From assembly GCA_902523885.1 (NCBI GenBank), contig CABZAV010000003.1, positions 11,527 through 75,526 on the forward strand: a DNA stretch of 64,000 nucleotides, written 5' to 3'. The notes below the pieces were generated by a model. The model ran no database searches and was not told the DNA's origin. It saw nothing but the letters and a program-made list of their open reading frames with translations. Shown here in pieces: positions 62,202-64,000 of this stretch (its first letter is position 1; the number at the start of each line of letters is the position of its first letter). The translations under genes and the position numbers were made by a program. This DNA comes from an uncultured SAR86 cluster bacterium. GTDB lineage: Bacteria; Pseudomonadota; Gammaproteobacteria; Magnimaribacterales; AG-339-G14.

Positions 62202-62876
62202 TTATTTAAGTGAGCCAAGCAGTAGATCATTTTCAAGTTGCCTTTTTTGACACAATTCGACGAAGTCATGCATTGCTTGTTGAAATTCGTTACTTTCGAA
62301 GGTAAGAAGGTTGAAGCCTTCAAAATACAAATAGTATGGACTTTCAGGAGGAATGAATATGGATAGTTTTTTTACTAAAGATTCGTCTTCTTTTATTAAA
62401 TAAGCCCCTTTCTTAATATGAACCAAAAAAATATCAAATAACAAGTCATCGCTTTTTGAATGTTTTTGATAAAAATCCTGGTCTATCATGTTTTCAAATT
62501 TACTTACAAGGCGTATTTCTGAATCAACCCAATATGGTGGTTCGTCGTCAACCTGCATGACCACTCTTGTTTCATTAAGGAGATCTTCTCTTTCTACTAT
62601 GCCTTCGTGTTTTCGGAAACCCGCGGTAAAGATCTGAAAAAAAACTTCAGGTTGATCGCAATTGGGCATACTGAAAGATAAGACTAATTTATTCCAATAG
62701 GAGTGTTGATCGCTAATAGAAATGTATCCGTAGTCACCATCATTCGATTCAGATATTTCCCAGGTGGTACCAATTTCATTCAAGTAAAGGTCGGAATGAT
62801 AAATTTTATAAGTTTGGTCTTGAGCGGACATCGTTATGCCGCTCAAGAAAAATAATAAATAAAAGTTAATCTTCAT
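62202..62876 (-). CDS. Hypothetical secreted protein (224 aa)
   Basis: It has the signal peptide 'MKINFYLLFFLSGITMSAQ'. I recognise no family. It is the first gene of a three-gene minus-strand cluster. Confidence 0.45.
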   Translation of the reverse strand: MKINFYLLFFLSGITMSAQDQTYKIYHSDLYLNEIGTTWEISESNDGDYGYISISDQHSYWNKLVLSFSMPNCDQPEVFFQIFTAGFRKHEGIVEREDLLNETRVVMQVDDEPPYWVDSEIRLVSKFENMIDQDFYQKHSKSDDLLFDIFLVHIKKGAYLIKEDESLVKKLSIFIPPESPYYLYFEGFNLLTFESNEFQQAMHDFVELCQKRQLENDLLLGSLK

Positions 62877-62987
62877 TGAATAATTTCGACCAAAGTATAG
62901 TTCCGTCTAAATCAATTTCTATTTCTTCGTTGGACATATTTCTTAGACACATCAAATTCTCGTGAGTTCTAAGGTTAAGGTTTCAAA

Positions 62988-63004
62988 ACGACAAGCTTTG
63001 TCGT
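62988..63004. promoter_or_regulatory. Palindromic operator candidate, copy 3 (ACGACAAgctTTGTCGT)
   Basis: It has 7-bp perfect arms with a 3-nt centre. It lies in the divergent intergenic region between the 62876(-) and 63038(+) genes, 8 nt upstream of a TATAAA (63013-63018). Confidence 0.45.
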
Positions 63005-63037
63005 AAGAGCGTTATAAAGTTTGCCTCTGGAGAAAAG

Positions 63038-63340
63038 ATGAATAATCCTGAAATAGACAAAAAATTAAGTGGCGCGATAGATGAAGTGATTTCAATTTAT
63101 TTAGAATCAACCGATGTTGAGGTTATCGATCTTTTTAGGAGTTTAACGAGGCATGTCATATCATTAAATTACCAATATGCCTCTAATTATCGCTCTGCGA
63201 CTGCCATGATTGCACAATGTCTCAATGACGTTATGTGCGACCTACAAGAGCAAAAGATCTTTAATGACGAGTTCAAAGACAACTTAAAGAAAGGCAAAGT
63301 TACATCTGTTTTGGAAGATCATTTAAAAAAGAAGCACTAA
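63038..63340 (+). CDS. Hypothetical protein (100 aa)
   Basis: ORF with the SD-like 'ggagaaaag' just upstream of the ATG. I recognise no family. Confidence 0.4.
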   Translation: MNNPEIDKKLSGAIDEVISIYLESTDVEVIDLFRSLTRHVISLNYQYASNYRSATAMIAQCLNDVMCDLQEQKIFNDEFKDNLKKGKVTSVLEDHLKKKH

Positions 63341-63344
63341 AAAT

Positions 63345-63743
63345 TTGAAAAAGATAAAAGCAAAAAAATTTTTTCCTTACCCTTCTCAAGAAAGTTTCGA
63401 TGATGCCTTAAATATTATTGCTGAAATAAGAGCAGAAAATTACTTTTGGACAAAAAAAATTTGGTATGTTGAACAGAAAATTAAAAAATTTGCTAACGAC
63501 GATATCAATCGTGAATTTTATGTTCGGTTAAGGGATAAGTTAGACGAAAAAATTTGTAATAGTCATACTATTTATATTGATTTGTTAATGGATATTACAA
63601 AAGTAACTGGCATAAAAAAGAAAATTACAAAAAAATTTGTTCAAATGACCGATGAGCTAATTTTGCAAGACAGAAGATCTAATGATTATTTTAATATTAA
63701 AAATCAACCTTTTCCTTTTGAAGATGAATTAAACTATCGTTAA
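63345..63743 (+). CDS. Hypothetical protein (132 aa, TTG start per track)
   Basis: The ORF starts 4 nt after the previous stop. The first in-frame ATG is far downstream, so a non-ATG start is required if the gene is real. A strong terminator follows it. Confidence 0.35.
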   Translation: MKKIKAKKFFPYPSQESFDDALNIIAEIRAENYFWTKKIWYVEQKIKKFANDDINREFYVRLRDKLDEKICNSHTIYIDLLMDITKVTGIKKKITKKFVQMTDELILQDRRSNDYFNIKNQPFPFEDELNYR

Positions 63744-63751
63744 GCAATGCT

Positions 63752-63783
63752 AAAAAAAAGGGAGCCTGAGCTCCCTTTTTTAT
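63752..63783. terminator. Bidirectional rho-independent terminator
   Basis: The sequence 'aaaaaaaaGGGAGCctgaGCTCCCttttttatttt' has stem arms at 63760-63765 and 63770-63775. An A-run precedes it and a T-run follows, and it sits between convergent genes. Confidence 0.75.
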
Positions 63784-63796
63784 TTTAAGCAAAAGT

Positions 63797-64000
63797 TTAT
63801 TCCCAAGCCTTAACAGGATTGACGATTCCTCTTCTGACTATCGAACGATTTCTTCTGACCGCAGTTTGAAATTCTTTGAAATCTGGATTTTTCATATCCA
63901 ATAAATCTAAAGTTTCCATGAGTGAAGCCACATTCTGGCCGCCAATAAAAGCAAAGTGAGAAAAATCAGTTCCGGCAACAACTCTTTCAAGTCCATAAGA
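63797..64000 (-). CDS. C-terminal fragment of an unidentified protein (5' part outside window; possibly amidohydrolase-like)
   Basis: My minus-strand translation, in frame to the window edge, reads ...SYGLERVVAGTDFSHFAFIGGQNVASLMETLDLLDMKNPDFKEFQTAVRRNRSIVRRGIVNPVKAWE*. The stop codon is at 63799-63797. The family assignment is weak. Confidence 0.4.
   Translation of the reverse strand, partial: SYGLERVVAGTDFSHFAFIGGQNVASLMETLDLLDMKNPDFKEFQTAVRRNRSIVRRGIVNPVKAWE

Noticed and set aside
62866-62937. A 23-codon minus-strand mini-ORF (MSNEEIEIDLDGTILWSKLFNED*) that overlaps the start of the 62876 gene, considered as a leader peptide.
   Set aside because: The SD sequence is weak and there is no comparative support. 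It could equally be untranslated 5' leader.

Overview
This is an AT-rich, very tightly packed chromosomal segment with short intergenic gaps and several overlapping gene ends. The gene order is clearly gammaproteobacterial: parE-parC, miaB-ybeZ-ybeY-corC, orn/ubiE-ubiB-hisE-tatABC, tkt-pgk-fba, metK-ahcY-argH, lptM-lysA-dapF-yigA-xerC-yigB, and cc4-dsbA/engB/polA/dsbB. A streamlined marine gammaproteobacterium is my guess only. Positions 1 to about 54.7 kb are ordinary housekeeping genes for translation, cofactors, central carbon metabolism, cell envelope and DNA topology and repair. I saw no rRNA, tRNA, CRISPR array, transposase or phage-type integrase; XerC sits in its canonical core context. 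The part worth a second look is about 54.7-63.8 kb, between dsbB and a strong bidirectional terminator. It is a block of about 12 genes without housekeeping assignments. It holds a wHTH-WYL regulator (BrxR/CapW/PafBC-like architecture) translationally adjacent to a short, membrane-anchored RmuC-like PD-(D/E)xK protein. It also holds a Pif1-family SF1B helicase. Divergent from that is an 862-aa protein that combines an N-terminal TM helix, a UvrD/HelD-like SF1A helicase, an inserted Vsr/PD-(D/E)xK-like module and C-terminal topoisomerase-type zinc ribbons. Several small secreted or membrane proteins of unknown function complete the block, including an OGFr-like protein and a Tat-signal protein. 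The same palindrome, nCGACAA-N3-TTGTCGn, occurs three times, each time in an intergenic promoter region of this block (55033-55049, 61532-61548, 62988-63004). This suggests one regulon, most simply under the WYL protein. I interpret the block as a candidate WYL-controlled nuclease/dual-helicase module, either anti-phage/anti-MGE defence or a LexA-independent DNA-damage regulon. That interpretation is inference. Smaller observations outside the block are an unlisted lptM mini-gene overlapping lysA, an L31 type B with a repeat-encoded acidic tail, ubiE abutting ubiB with no ubiJ, and thiC without a recognisable TPP riboswitch.
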